From a virus (lineage: Duplodnaviria > Heunggongvirae > Uroviricota > Caudoviricetes), in the IMG/VR virus record IMGVR_UViG_3300010373_001364, positions 48,116-112,115 of that record: 64,000 nt of DNA; one strand, given 5' to 3'. A model generated the notes under the pieces. The model made no database searches and was not told where the DNA came from. It saw only the letters and a program-made list of their open reading frames with translations. The position numbers and the translations under genes are program-made. The first letter of the stretch is position 1. Each line of letters opens with the position of its first letter. Shown in pieces: positions 45,541 through 54,744 of the stretch.

Positions 45541-45966
45541 ATGAACAAACAGATTTACATCGCCAGCAGCCTCAAGAACTACCAACGTGTTCTTGATCTG
45601 AGGAACGAGTTATCAGAGTATGGGATCTCGTTAACTTACGATTGGGCTGAGGAATACAAAAAGAATTTCGAGAAGGCGGCTGAAACCGGCATCCCGGTTA
45701 AGGAGGACTTGAAAGAGATCGCCAAAAAGGAATACCAGGCGGTACTGGACTGTCACCTATTGTTCTTCGTAACGCCTGTAGGCAGGGGCGGTCATTTTGA
45801 GTTGGGTGTTGCTTATGCCAAGAACAAGCCCGTTGTTCTCCTGCACGACCCTTTGCCTTTTGTAGGAGCTTCCAATGACACGATTGCTTTCTACACCCTC
45901 CCTGAAATCGAGTGTTTCAACATAAGGAAGAAGGCTATTGAGAGGATATTGGAAGTTGTGTCATGA
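45541..45966 (+). CDS. nucleoside 2-deoxyribosyltransferase-like protein
   Basis: IYIASS, TYDW, AVLDCH, GRGGHFELGVAYAKNKPV. Confidence 0.7.
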   Translation: MNKQIYIASSLKNYQRVLDLRNELSEYGISLTYDWAEEYKKNFEKAAETGIPVKEDLKEIAKKEYQAVLDCHLLFFVTPVGRGGHFELGVAYAKNKPVVLLHDPLPFVGASNDTIAFYTLPEIECFNIRKKAIERILEVVS

Positions 45967-46154
45967 TGAGAGATTGTGATCTTGACTTCATGGATAATCG
46001 CGAGAAGCGTATTGCTTTCGCGTTTATGACAATTGAACAAAGGAAAGATCGTCTAAGGCACTTTCGGCGCAAGACCCCCCTGCGCCGTAAGTTCTTATTT
46101 GTCATATCCCTAGCACTTTTTCTTATCCTATTGTTCTGTCTCGCCGTAAGGTGA
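45963..46154 (+). CDS. small membrane protein
   Basis: C-terminal hydrophobic helix; overlapping stops/starts. Confidence 0.6.
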   Translation: MMRDCDLDFMDNREKRIAFAFMTIEQRKDRLRHFRRKTPLRRKFLFVISLALFLILLFCLAVR

Positions 46155-49105
46155 CTCTGGTTTTATGGCTAAAGGCTAACTATCATTGGGTCATGACCGA
46201 TCACGAAAAACTGGTAAAAATCTGTTACAGAAATCTCGACGGCATGGCGAAGCAGGACGAAATTGGTCCTGCTCAGTTTGGTGAAGCCGGTGAGGTTTAC
46301 GAAGATCAACTTCCAACTTCCTATGAAGAATGCAAGAATCGCCTCGATCTTGAACTTGATGAGATTAAAAAGAAGGAAGAGGCGTGGATGTTCCTGCGCT
46401 TCTACCGGGCAGTAAAACACAAGAAGATCGAGTCTATCGAGAAGAACGAACACAATCTTTTCACTTGGTATGTCCTGGGTGTCTGCCCCAATGTCAATAT
46501 CAATAAGGGTCCAGCTTACACAGAAGCAGAACTCCCCGATATTGACGTAGACTACCACCCGGTAGTCCGCGAGTACCTTAAGGACGACTTCAGCTTTCGT
46601 CAATACGGTAAGCAACACGTCTGTAACATTGGTAGTTACCAGACCTACGATGTCCGCTCGTCTTTGATTGATATGGCGCGGGTCATGGATTATGACCGCG
46701 ATGAGATCAACTTCATTACGAAGCGAATGGGTATGAAAGATGATGACAGCAATGATGTCACCTTCAAGGGGCTGGAAGAAACCTTTGAGAAGATCGAACA
46801 GAAGCAGAAAGAAAAGAAGCAACTCACCAAGTACGAACAGATAGCCAAGGAGCTTGCTGAGTACGCCAAGGAACATGATAGAGTTTGGGAAGCAGCGAGT
46901 CAGTTGGTGTCTTCGCCTATTGACTGGAAGAAGTTCGGATACGGTAAACCGCCTCGTCGCAAAAAGAGCATGGGACAACACGCCAGTGGTCTAATCATCG
47001 CTGGTGTTGATTTGCCCAAGTTCGTGCCGCTAGTTGTACCGCCCGGTTCTCGCGACCAAGGACTTCAAGCTACCGCCTGGGTAGAAGGTTTAGCTGATAC
47101 CGACTGCTCTAGCGTGGGCTTGGTCAAGTTCGACTATCTGAGCCTGGAAGCTAACGCCAAGGTAGCTGAGTGCAACCGCCTCATTATGCAGAGGTATGGT
47201 TTAGACTCCATCTGTGCCTTGCCGGGACTGTCTAATTGGTCTGATACCAGTTATCTTAATGACCTCAAGGCAATTGAGATGGCTAACGCTGGCGATCTCA
47301 AGGGTATTTTCCAGTTTGACTCCAATGGTATTCGTAAGCTCGCCAAGAAGGGTGGTGTCACTTCTTTTGAAGACTTGGTAGCTTATTCTGCTCTCTACCG
47401 CCCCGGTCCTATGGACGAGGGGATGCATGATGAATACTGCGACCGTAAGAACGGTAAGAAGGAATACGAGATACACCCGCTTCTAGTTTCTTTTTTAGGG
47501 AGGACTTTCGGAGTTCTTGTGTATCAAGAGCAAGTTATGCGCGCCCTGAACGTGGTGGGTGATATTCCGCTTAGTGCTTGCGAAGCGGCACGCAAGGCTA
47601 TCTCTAAGAAGAAAAAGGATAAGATTGATAAGCTCAAGGAGCAGTTCATTGATATTGGCAGGAAGAAGCTGAATGTTTCTGTGGAGTGGCTGGAAGAATT
47701 CTTTGCTCAGATCGTTGCGTTCGCTGGTTATGGTTTCAACCTCAGCCACGCGGTTGCTTACACCTACATCTCTGCACGACAGTTATGGCAGAAGGCTCAC
47801 TATCCCCTGGAGTTCTATACCGCCGCCTTGAGAAGTCTTAAGACGGCTGATGATCGTATCTCCGTCTACATTCAGGATGCCAGAAAGCGTGGCATTCCTG
47901 TTAACCGCTTGGATCTTAACAAGTCGAGGTTTGACTTCGAGATCGCAGACGATAATGAGATTTACTATGGCTTCAACAAGATAAAGGGTGTTGGTCATGA
48001 TGTAGCTACTCGGATCGTTCAATTGCAACCTTATCGTGGCTTCCAAGATTTCTTGGAGAGATTCGGCACAGAGGCAAAGGTAGTACAACCTCTTATCAGC
48101 TTACAGGTATTCAAGGAGAAAGACCCCCACGCCTTGTACCTTTACTATGAGGCATACAAGAAGGCAGTCAAAGCCGAGAAGGATCGCTGCCAGAGGAACA
48201 AGAACTCTGTGCAGCGATACATGAAAGACCTCGCCGCCCTGGTGGGACCAGATCGAGTTTGGGAGCATGGTTTTGATGACAACTACTTTGGTAAGCTGCG
48301 TAGCTGGCTAGAGGACGATGCCTGGATTAAACTCTGCACCCTGAAGAAGAAGTACGACAAATGTGTTGAAACTTTTGCAGAAAAGAGCAAAGGCAAGGAA
48401 GACATCAGTATGATTCTTTCCTTGGATAAGTTCGTACCACCATCGCCGTCAAACAAAACCCTGACCTTGGGCAAGTCGGCATTCAAGACCTACAAGACGT
48501 TGAAACCGATTCTAAAAGACCCGGAGGGGCTTGAGGCTGAGGTTGCTTTTTATGGCTTCCCCTGGAAGAACGATTTCGAGCAATGTCCCAACTACAAGGG
48601 TTTCACTTTCGATGACTATGAAATTGATATCCTACGAGCGCACCCCGGTACAGCGCTGCCCGTAGAGGTTAAGATCATGTCCAAGGAGCATGTCACTTCT
48701 CGAAGTGGCAAGATGCAGTATTGGAAGATCAGGGTGTGTGATGCTTTGGAGCCGGATGTTTTGCGTTCGGTAACTGTGTGGGAGCATGACTATGATAGAT
48801 TCGAGGCAACACTCCAGCCTGGGAATATCGTTAGGATGAGACTATATCCTCCTGAGCATCCGTATCCCAACTACAGCTTGGAGAGTGTGAAACCTTGGGA
48901 GATGCGCGGCAAGAACCCTTATGGAGAAGATCCGAAGTGGGATCTCCGTGTGGTGCTTTTGACCAAGGGTATCAAGAAGAAGAAGTTCATTGATGACGAG
49001 GACGACAGCTATCTGTTGAGTCCAGGCAGGAAGAAGAAGTTGATGGAGTCCATGTCTGATGAGTTTCGTGAGAGCATTGACGATGGAGATAATGATGATG
49101 AGTGA
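46151..49105 (+). CDS. dnaE: DNA polymerase III alpha, C-terminal part (catalytic palm, fingers, HhH, OB)
   Basis: LPDIDVDY, GQHASG, GLVKFDYLSL, GIFQF, ALYRPGP, LVYQEQVM, YGFNLSHAVAY, YPLEFY, KIKGVG. Confidence 0.92.
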   Translation: MTLVLWLKANYHWVMTDHEKLVKICYRNLDGMAKQDEIGPAQFGEAGEVYEDQLPTSYEECKNRLDLELDEIKKKEEAWMFLRFYRAVKHKKIESIEKNEHNLFTWYVLGVCPNVNINKGPAYTEAELPDIDVDYHPVVREYLKDDFSFRQYGKQHVCNIGSYQTYDVRSSLIDMARVMDYDRDEINFITKRMGMKDDDSNDVTFKGLEETFEKIEQKQKEKKQLTKYEQIAKELAEYAKEHDRVWEAASQLVSSPIDWKKFGYGKPPRRKKSMGQHASGLIIAGVDLPKFVPLVVPPGSRDQGLQATAWVEGLADTDCSSVGLVKFDYLSLEANAKVAECNRLIMQRYGLDSICALPGLSNWSDTSYLNDLKAIEMANAGDLKGIFQFDSNGIRKLAKKGGVTSFEDLVAYSALYRPGPMDEGMHDEYCDRKNGKKEYEIHPLLVSFLGRTFGVLVYQEQVMRALNVVGDIPLSACEAARKAISKKKKDKIDKLKEQFIDIGRKKLNVSVEWLEEFFAQIVAFAGYGFNLSHAVAYTYISARQLWQKAHYPLEFYTAALRSLKTADDRISVYIQDARKRGIPVNRLDLNKSRFDFEIADDNEIYYGFNKIKGVGHDVATRIVQLQPYRGFQDFLERFGTEAKVVQPLISLQVFKEKDPHALYLYYEAYKKAVKAEKDRCQRNKNSVQRYMKDLAALVGPDRVWEHGFDDNYFGKLRSWLEDDAWIKLCTLKKKYDKCVETFAEKSKGKEDISMILSLDKFVPPSPSNKTLTLGKSAFKTYKTLKPILKDPEGLEAEVAFYGFPWKNDFEQCPNYKGFTFDDYEIDILRAHPGTALPVEVKIMSKEHVTSRSGKMQYWKIRVCDALEPDVLRSVTVWEHDYDRFEATLQPGNIVRMRLYPPEHPYPNYSLESVKPWEMRGKNPYGEDPKWDLRVVLLTKGIKKKKFIDDEDDSYLLSPGRKKKLMESMSDEFRESIDDGDNDDE

Positions 49106-49547
49106 AGAACACAACGACTTAGGTGATAACCTTGTAATCGATGCCAGCAACTTCTCTAACTACTTCTTCGACGTGAAGAAATGTGGTCCGAAACCAGGAC
49201 AGGTGATGGCTAGATATATGTCGAAGGCAGAGTTGATCGCTGGTGAGGAGAAAGGTTATTTGATTGATCTCCTTATCACAAACCCTATGGGTGCCGAGAT
49301 GGGTGTGCAAATAGCGAGGAACGCCTTTGCCGCCCAGGAGGTTGAAGCAATTAAGCTCTGCAAGGCTATTACCAAGGATCTCTTGGGCGGTATGAACCGA
49401 CAGCAGGTTTTGGAAAAACCCTACAGTTACACCCTGGAGAAGTTTTTCTGGACGCAAGAGAAGTATGTTCCGAAGAATGATCCCCACTGGACGGTGATCA
49501 AGATCAGCATACTGAAAGACCCTGAAAAAAACGAGGAAGAGGAATAG
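49092..49547 (+). CDS. hypothetical protein
   Basis: Overlaps the dnaE-C stop; co-oriented. Confidence 0.7.
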   Translation: MMMSEEHNDLGDNLVIDASNFSNYFFDVKKCGPKPGQVMARYMSKAELIAGEEKGYLIDLLITNPMGAEMGVQIARNAFAAQEVEAIKLCKAITKDLLGGMNRQQVLEKPYSYTLEKFFWTQEKYVPKNDPHWTVIKISILKDPEKNEEEE

Positions 49548-49555
49548 ATACCGAT

Positions 49556-50296
49556 ATGAAAAATGTTCGCGATGAGATTGGTGAGTACATGGCACTGTGG
49601 GATCAGGCACAAAAGCAGTTTCCTCAAGAAAAGAAGAAACCAGCCAGACAAGCTCCGTCTTACTTCGGTATGCAGAACATCAATGCTCAGGACATCAGCG
49701 AAGATGAAGAGGAGCATTGGAGAGACATTTATTACCGCTCTCTGGAGATCGACCCAGATGAAATTAGTGGTGGTGCCGAAGAAGGTCTTCTAAGCGAGGA
49801 TGAGATTGATCAGCAGTGTCTCGCTGGTATGATGGACATTCGCGAAGCCAAGGAAGCCAAAAGAAAGGCGGCTGAGGCACGTTCCAAGCCGAAGAAGAAG
49901 TCTTCTTCCAAGTCAAAAAAAAAGAGGGTAGAGGCTGATCCAAGAAAGCCGAGAGATGGTGATGAAGTCCCAGATTGGGATGAAGATGAAGACGGCTTCG
50001 GCAAGGACTTGGCAAAGAAGCTTGGCGATGCAGAGTTTTATCCTAATCCTGTTCACTTTGCCTCCATCGGCGCTGACAATGATCTGCGTGTCACGCCAAA
50101 CTTCACGGATGGAGACAACTTGCGTCAATTGGCACGTCTAAAGGCTCTCCTCTATGATCTTGAAAGCGAGATGCTTGGCACCGACGTGCGCGGCGGTGAT
50201 CCTGAACCGATCCGCGTTAAGATGATAAAGGTGCGTAAGCAGTGCGAATCCTTGAGCCAGAGATTGATTCCTGATCCACGCAAGGACGTAAGCTAA
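49556..50296 (+). CDS. hypothetical acidic/basic low-complexity protein
   Basis: SD GAGGA; co-oriented. Confidence 0.7.
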   Translation: MKNVRDEIGEYMALWDQAQKQFPQEKKKPARQAPSYFGMQNINAQDISEDEEEHWRDIYYRSLEIDPDEISGGAEEGLLSEDEIDQQCLAGMMDIREAKEAKRKAAEARSKPKKKSSSKSKKKRVEADPRKPRDGDEVPDWDEDEDGFGKDLAKKLGDAEFYPNPVHFASIGADNDLRVTPNFTDGDNLRQLARLKALLYDLESEMLGTDVRGGDPEPIRVKMIKVRKQCESLSQRLIPDPRKDVS

Positions 50297-50311
50297 GTGC
50301 CTAGATAAGGC

Positions 50312-51292
50312 ATGAGGAGTTTCCAGGGGTTATCACAGTTTCTTAATGAGATGTTCGTCAACCGCGAGAAGGGCGGCGACACTGTAATTGCATTTCGTCA
50401 GTGGTTATGGGTGGTTAAATACAATAGTGACAAGGGTGAGGAGATTGCCGACAAGATTGCTGAAGCCCATCCCAAAGGCAAAGAACTTCTAACTCACCTT
50501 CGTGAGAAAACTATCTCAGGCGTATCAGAATGGGTCAAGGACTATATTCCTGACGCCCTTGTTGCTAACTGGTCATCTGACAAGAAAATTCTTTGGTTAC
50601 ATAGTAGTAGCATGACATCTGCAACCACCTCTCCATTGGTTCGTAAGGTGGCTATTGAACTCCGTGCCAAAAGCGTTCAATACGAAGCTCTCGATGGTAA
50701 TGAAAGGGATTACACTGTAACCAGAAGACGAGGACAGCTTCGCGGCAATTGGGATAGTGTTTGGTATCATGGCACCAGCACCAAGTACCTAGAGGACATT
50801 TTAAGGCTTGGTTTGAAACCCGGTGAAAGTGACAGTAATTACGCTGATCAAGATATTCACCACGAAGAGTTAATCTTCTTGACCGCTAAGATAGAGGAAG
50901 CTCAGTACCACGGTTGGCATACAGCCAGAAAAGTTGGCGGACTACCGATGGTGGTTCAGATCAATCACATTCCAGACAAGGCACGCCTGGAGCCTGACTA
51001 CGACGTAGACAAAATAGCAAGTCGTAATACCTACAATAGTCCTGAACCCAAGGACTACGATCCGGTATTTTCTGTTGATAGCATGAGAGCCAGTAAGCAC
51101 GCTGGTCTTGTGGGCTACCGTGGCAGAATTCCAGCGAATCGCATCGACGCCATATTAGTTTATAGTGAAAACAGGGGTAATTGGGTTCGCATTCGTGACT
51201 TAGCACGTTTAAGGAATGTGTTGTCCAGATACGGCGATGACTTCTGGTACAGGTATGGCGAACCCGCTCTACCAAATCGTAGGCGATATTGA
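50312..51292 (+). CDS. protein with C-terminal ADP-ribosyltransferase-fold (Tpt1/PARP-like) domain
   Basis: WYHGTS...ILRLGLKP, IFLT, GRIPANRI; N-terminus MRSFQGLSQFLNE; TAGATA 4 nt upstream. Confidence 0.6.
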   Translation: MRSFQGLSQFLNEMFVNREKGGDTVIAFRQWLWVVKYNSDKGEEIADKIAEAHPKGKELLTHLREKTISGVSEWVKDYIPDALVANWSSDKKILWLHSSSMTSATTSPLVRKVAIELRAKSVQYEALDGNERDYTVTRRRGQLRGNWDSVWYHGTSTKYLEDILRLGLKPGESDSNYADQDIHHEELIFLTAKIEEAQYHGWHTARKVGGLPMVVQINHIPDKARLEPDYDVDKIASRNTYNSPEPKDYDPVFSVDSMRASKHAGLVGYRGRIPANRIDAILVYSENRGNWVRIRDLARLRNVLSRYGDDFWYRYGEPALPNRRRY

Positions 51293-51372
51293 CTTTCGTC
51301 AGATATTTCTTTTACACTTAGATAGTCGTGTTTGGTTCTCATGCTTTTAGTGTGTAAGGAGTATTAGAAAAA

Positions 51373-52029
51373 ATGGTTCCTCCTTGGGCGGCTGACAGTT
51401 CAGTTGTCGAAATCTTCAATAACGTCAAAAAGAAACACCACCTTCCTCGTCTTGAAGAGGCTGAGATTGCGGTGGCGTTCGTTGACAACAAACCATTCAA
51501 CAAAGGTCGATTCAATTGGGGCAAGGTCCGGCGTTTTCAGCCGGTTGATAAACTTTGGCACCCCGATCATAAGCGTTATGACTTCTTGATTATGCTTTGC
51601 TCCGATGCCTGGAATTGTGTCCTTAGCGGCACCCAGCGTGAAGCTCTTGCCGATCTTCACCTCGCCCGTTGCTCTGTGGAATACGAGCCGGTGAAGGAAG
51701 AGATGACGGTGAAGGGCATCGTGAAGCACAAGATCGTCAAGGACGAGTGGGGTCGTATAGAATACACCCAGGAGATCAAGCGAGATAAAGACACCGGGGA
51801 GCCAAAGTGGAAGATCCTACCTCTGGATCTTCACGTCTTTGCTGAGAACGTGCAGAGATATGGCGTCTGGTGTGAGGAACTCCTGAACTTCAAGGAAGCT
51901 CTTGAAGAAGAGGGTGGCGAAGAACTTTCCGCTATGGAAGTGGTTGCTACAATCACCCAACAGGAAGAAATTGGTAAACTGGTGGAAGCAGGTGCAGTGG
52001 AGATTTTAACGGAGGAGGAAAATGCGTAA
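51373..52029 (+). CDS. phage metallopeptidase-like protein with degenerate HExxH
   Basis: AEIAVAF..GKVRR..YDFLIML..DAW..QREALADLHLARC..WKILP.D...F...V.RYG.W. Confidence 0.6.
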   Translation: MVPPWAADSSVVEIFNNVKKKHHLPRLEEAEIAVAFVDNKPFNKGRFNWGKVRRFQPVDKLWHPDHKRYDFLIMLCSDAWNCVLSGTQREALADLHLARCSVEYEPVKEEMTVKGIVKHKIVKDEWGRIEYTQEIKRDKDTGEPKWKILPLDLHVFAENVQRYGVWCEELLNFKEALEEEGGEELSAMEVVATITQQEEIGKLVEAGAVEILTEEENA

Positions 52030-53092
52030 ACTTGGCATTTTCTTGGCTACCTTCTTGATCATTACCGGCACGCTGGTGATATCAAGTCGAGTTAATCAAC
52101 CGCCACAACCGTCGATTATCAATCCCGTCCCACCGGGACAGTTGCCGAGGATCAACCCGGCTATCACTATTCAAGACGCTTTGGCAACTATCGACCAGGG
52201 CGAACTGAAGAAGACCCTGTACTGGCTTGCATCCCCGGAACTGGAAGGAAGAATGTCGGGCAAGAAGGGGAATGACACCACCAGGGATTATTTGGAGAGA
52301 TACTACCGCAGCCTGGGCTATGAGGTACAGACCCAGGAGTTCACCATTCAGAACTTGAACAACTTCAAGGAGCAGGGTTCGGGCAGGACTGCCAATGTAA
52401 TTGCCACCATGCCCGGCAATGATCCTGCTTTGATGAATGAGGCGGTAGTGATTGGTGCCCACTTTGATCACATCGGCTACGGACCTAGTATGTCCCGTGC
52501 GCCCCAGCGACGAGAGATCCACCCCGGTGCCGATGACAATGCATCAGGCACCACGGCTCTCTTGGGAGCCGCTAAAGTCCTTGCAAAGATGAAGGGGAAA
52601 AACAAGCGGCGAATTGTCATCATCTCTTTTTCCGCTGAGGAGATGGGCTTGATCGGTTCCAAGTATTACGTCAACCACCCACTGTACCCCAACATGGTGT
52701 TTATGCTGAACATGGACATGGTTGGCAGATACAATAACAAAGGGAAGATTGATGCTTATGGTGCCGGCAGTTCATCAGAAGTTAAAAGTGTTGTAGGCGG
52801 TCTTACTGGCTATCCCTTCCGCCCCAATATCACCAGTGGCTCTGGAGGTGGTTCAGATCATGCACCATTTTATCAAAGAAGCATCCCCATCTGTTTCCTG
52901 CACACAGGGATGCACAATGACTACCACACTCCTGATGACACCGCTGACAAGATTGACTATGATGGTTTGACATGGGTGTCCAAGTATTCCGCCCACATCC
53001 TTTGGGAGGTCTGTCAACTCCCCAGGAAGCCTAATTTTCAGGGCGAGGTCAGCGGCGAGGTCGAATTTGTCGATCATGACTGGAATAAGTAA
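52022..53092 (+). CDS. secreted M28 family aminopeptidase
   Basis: Signal anchor; IGAHFDH, GADDNASG, FSAEEMGL, LNMDMVG, SDH, DYHTPDD. Confidence 0.92.
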   Translation: MRKLGIFLATFLIITGTLVISSRVNQPPQPSIINPVPPGQLPRINPAITIQDALATIDQGELKKTLYWLASPELEGRMSGKKGNDTTRDYLERYYRSLGYEVQTQEFTIQNLNNFKEQGSGRTANVIATMPGNDPALMNEAVVIGAHFDHIGYGPSMSRAPQRREIHPGADDNASGTTALLGAAKVLAKMKGKNKRRIVIISFSAEEMGLIGSKYYVNHPLYPNMVFMLNMDMVGRYNNKGKIDAYGAGSSSEVKSVVGGLTGYPFRPNITSGSGGGSDHAPFYQRSIPICFLHTGMHNDYHTPDDTADKIDYDGLTWVSKYSAHILWEVCQLPRKPNFQGEVSGEVEFVDHDWNK

Positions 53093-53093
53093 C

Positions 53094-53567
53094 ATGAGCA
53101 AGTACATCGAGATGGCGAGGAATGTTGCCAACGAACGCGCTGCTCGCGAGCGAGAAGAAATTGAGCGCCGCGAAGCTGAACGTAGGCACAAGGGCGAGAT
53201 CATCAAAGAAACCATGAAGCTCCTCAAGAAGGAACTGAAGCAGTGGGACGATGTGAATGGTTTCTTTTATAAGGATGAGGGGGAACATACCCACGTCCCT
53301 TGTGCCTCTCTGGGTAGGCTGGGAGACAAGATCCTGACGTTTCAGTGTTGGTGGGATACCTGGGTGGAAGAAGCTCACGATGAGTATTCCAACTCTGGTT
53401 CTGCTGATGGACCGGCTATCAAAATTGTTTACTGTAAGGATTACGCAGACTATAGCCGCAGTTACCGTAAGCTGAAGGAACACACATGCCGCTCCTCTCA
53501 TAATCCGACGACCCTGGTGGATGAGTGTATGAAGTTGGTGGCTCAGTACCTTTCCAGATTCTTCTGA
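53094..53567 (+). CDS. hypothetical protein
   Basis: Directly after M28 stop. Confidence 0.7.
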   Translation: MSKYIEMARNVANERAAREREEIERREAERRHKGEIIKETMKLLKKELKQWDDVNGFFYKDEGEHTHVPCASLGRLGDKILTFQCWWDTWVEEAHDEYSNSGSADGPAIKIVYCKDYADYSRSYRKLKEHTCRSSHNPTTLVDECMKLVAQYLSRFF

Positions 53568-53586
53568 AAAGAAGCTATCTAAAGGT

Positions 53587-53790
53587 ATGGAAAGACAGAA
53601 GTTGGTCAGAAAGTTGTGGTATAAGTGTCAAGGTCGCGGCTGCAACTTCCAGAGACTAGGAAAGAACATCCTTGAGTTTGAGGATTTAACCCTCTTTAAG
53701 GACTGCGCGAACTGCGGTGGACACTTCAAGTTGAAGTGTCCACAGTGCGGTACGATTAACAAAACTAAGTGGCTGGAGGTCACAGAATGA
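53587..53790 (+). CDS. double zinc-ribbon protein
   Basis: CQGRGC, CANCG, CPQCG. Confidence 0.7.
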   Translation: MERQKLVRKLWYKCQGRGCNFQRLGKNILEFEDLTLFKDCANCGGHFKLKCPQCGTINKTKWLEVTE

Positions 53791-54002
53791 ACCATAAACA
53801 CTGGACCTTTCAGTTGGTAGACCGCACTCCCAGAGAAAATCTCCCCAAGGGCGGTCCCTATGTGCTTGGTATGCATCTTAAGGCACGGATGTTTTACTAC
53901 ATCGCCCAGAACAAGATGCAGTGTGAAATGAGTGGCGACGAGCAAGAGTACATCAACATGCTGGCTGAGGAGTACGCACCAAATGAAGCGGTTATTAGGT
54001 AG
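53787..54002 (+). CDS. hypothetical protein
   Basis: ATGA overlap; SD GGAGG. Confidence 0.65.
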   Translation: MNHKHWTFQLVDRTPRENLPKGGPYVLGMHLKARMFYYIAQNKMQCEMSGDEQEYINMLAEEYAPNEAVIR

Positions 54003-54483
54003 TGTTTTGCTGCTGGCTTCAGGTTTTGGTTTTGGCTTTTGGCTTGGTTTTTCATATAAACCCACGCCGAAGCTTGACTATGTTGATAATGCCAATGCCG
54101 AGGTTTTTTCTACTTACGTTTGGGTGAAAAACGTCACCGATGATAACATTTACCTAGATGGCGCAACGCTTAACGTCACCAGTCTTGGGCAACGCGCTCC
54201 ACAAAAATATGCATTTCAGGCTGATCGTGATACTACTCAACGTCAGATTCTTCTCAGAGAGGCGGATAACCCCCACAAAAACGGGAAGGACTTGAAGTTC
54301 TTTACAAGAGATGGTATGACTATTCAGCCCGGCGTGAGAGCTAAGATTAGGGTCAGGATTCAAAACAGAGACTTCCCAGGCATTAACGTCATTGGGAATC
54401 TTCTGCTGAGCTACAGTAATGATAGAGGCGGGAAGGGAAGTTTAGAGATCAGGGGTGTTAGTATCAACATCGAGTCATGGTGA
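53983..54483 (+). CDS. signal-anchored/secreted beta-rich protein
   Basis: MKRLLGSVLLLASGFGFGFWLG. Confidence 0.65.
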   Translation: MKRLLGSVLLLASGFGFGFWLGFSYKPTPKLDYVDNANAEVFSTYVWVKNVTDDNIYLDGATLNVTSLGQRAPQKYAFQADRDTTQRQILLREADNPHKNGKDLKFFTRDGMTIQPGVRAKIRVRIQNRDFPGINVIGNLLLSYSNDRGGKGSLEIRGVSINIESW

Positions 54484-54486
54484 CAC

Positions 54487-54744
54487 ATGGGGTATCATTT
54501 AGCAGAGATTCCGCACGGCAAGTTTGGCGAAATCTCTAAGATCGAAGAAGAACTGAATGAACTGAAAGATGCTGAAAGCCAAGGCAATCGGATCATGGAA
54601 CTGGTAGAATTATCAGACCTGATGGGTGCTATTCGGGGGTATTTGTACAACTACCACCCTAACTTTACCCTCACTGATCTCATTGTCATGGCTGATGCGA
54701 CAGAAAGGGCTTTCAAAGATGGCGCAAGAAAAGCCAGGAATTGA
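54487..54744 (+). CDS. MazG-like all-alpha NTP pyrophosphohydrolase domain
   Basis: KIEEELNELKDA...LVELSDL acidic pattern. Confidence 0.5.
   Translation: MGYHLAEIPHGKFGEISKIEEELNELKDAESQGNRIMELVELSDLMGAIRGYLYNYHPNFTLTDLIVMADATERAFKDGARKARN

Noticed and set aside
44378-45544. 388-aa plus-strand ORF
   Set aside because: Antisense shadow of the low-complexity gene 44123..45466; repeats lack stops on the opposite strand. The same reasoning applies to other antisense ORFs such as 4755..5372, 28087..28812 and 46169..46981.
41824-49105. Split intein in dnaE
   Set aside because: No intein N-terminal (C/S start, block B) or C-terminal (HN-C/S/T) signature at either end, and the break is not at the cyanobacterial site.
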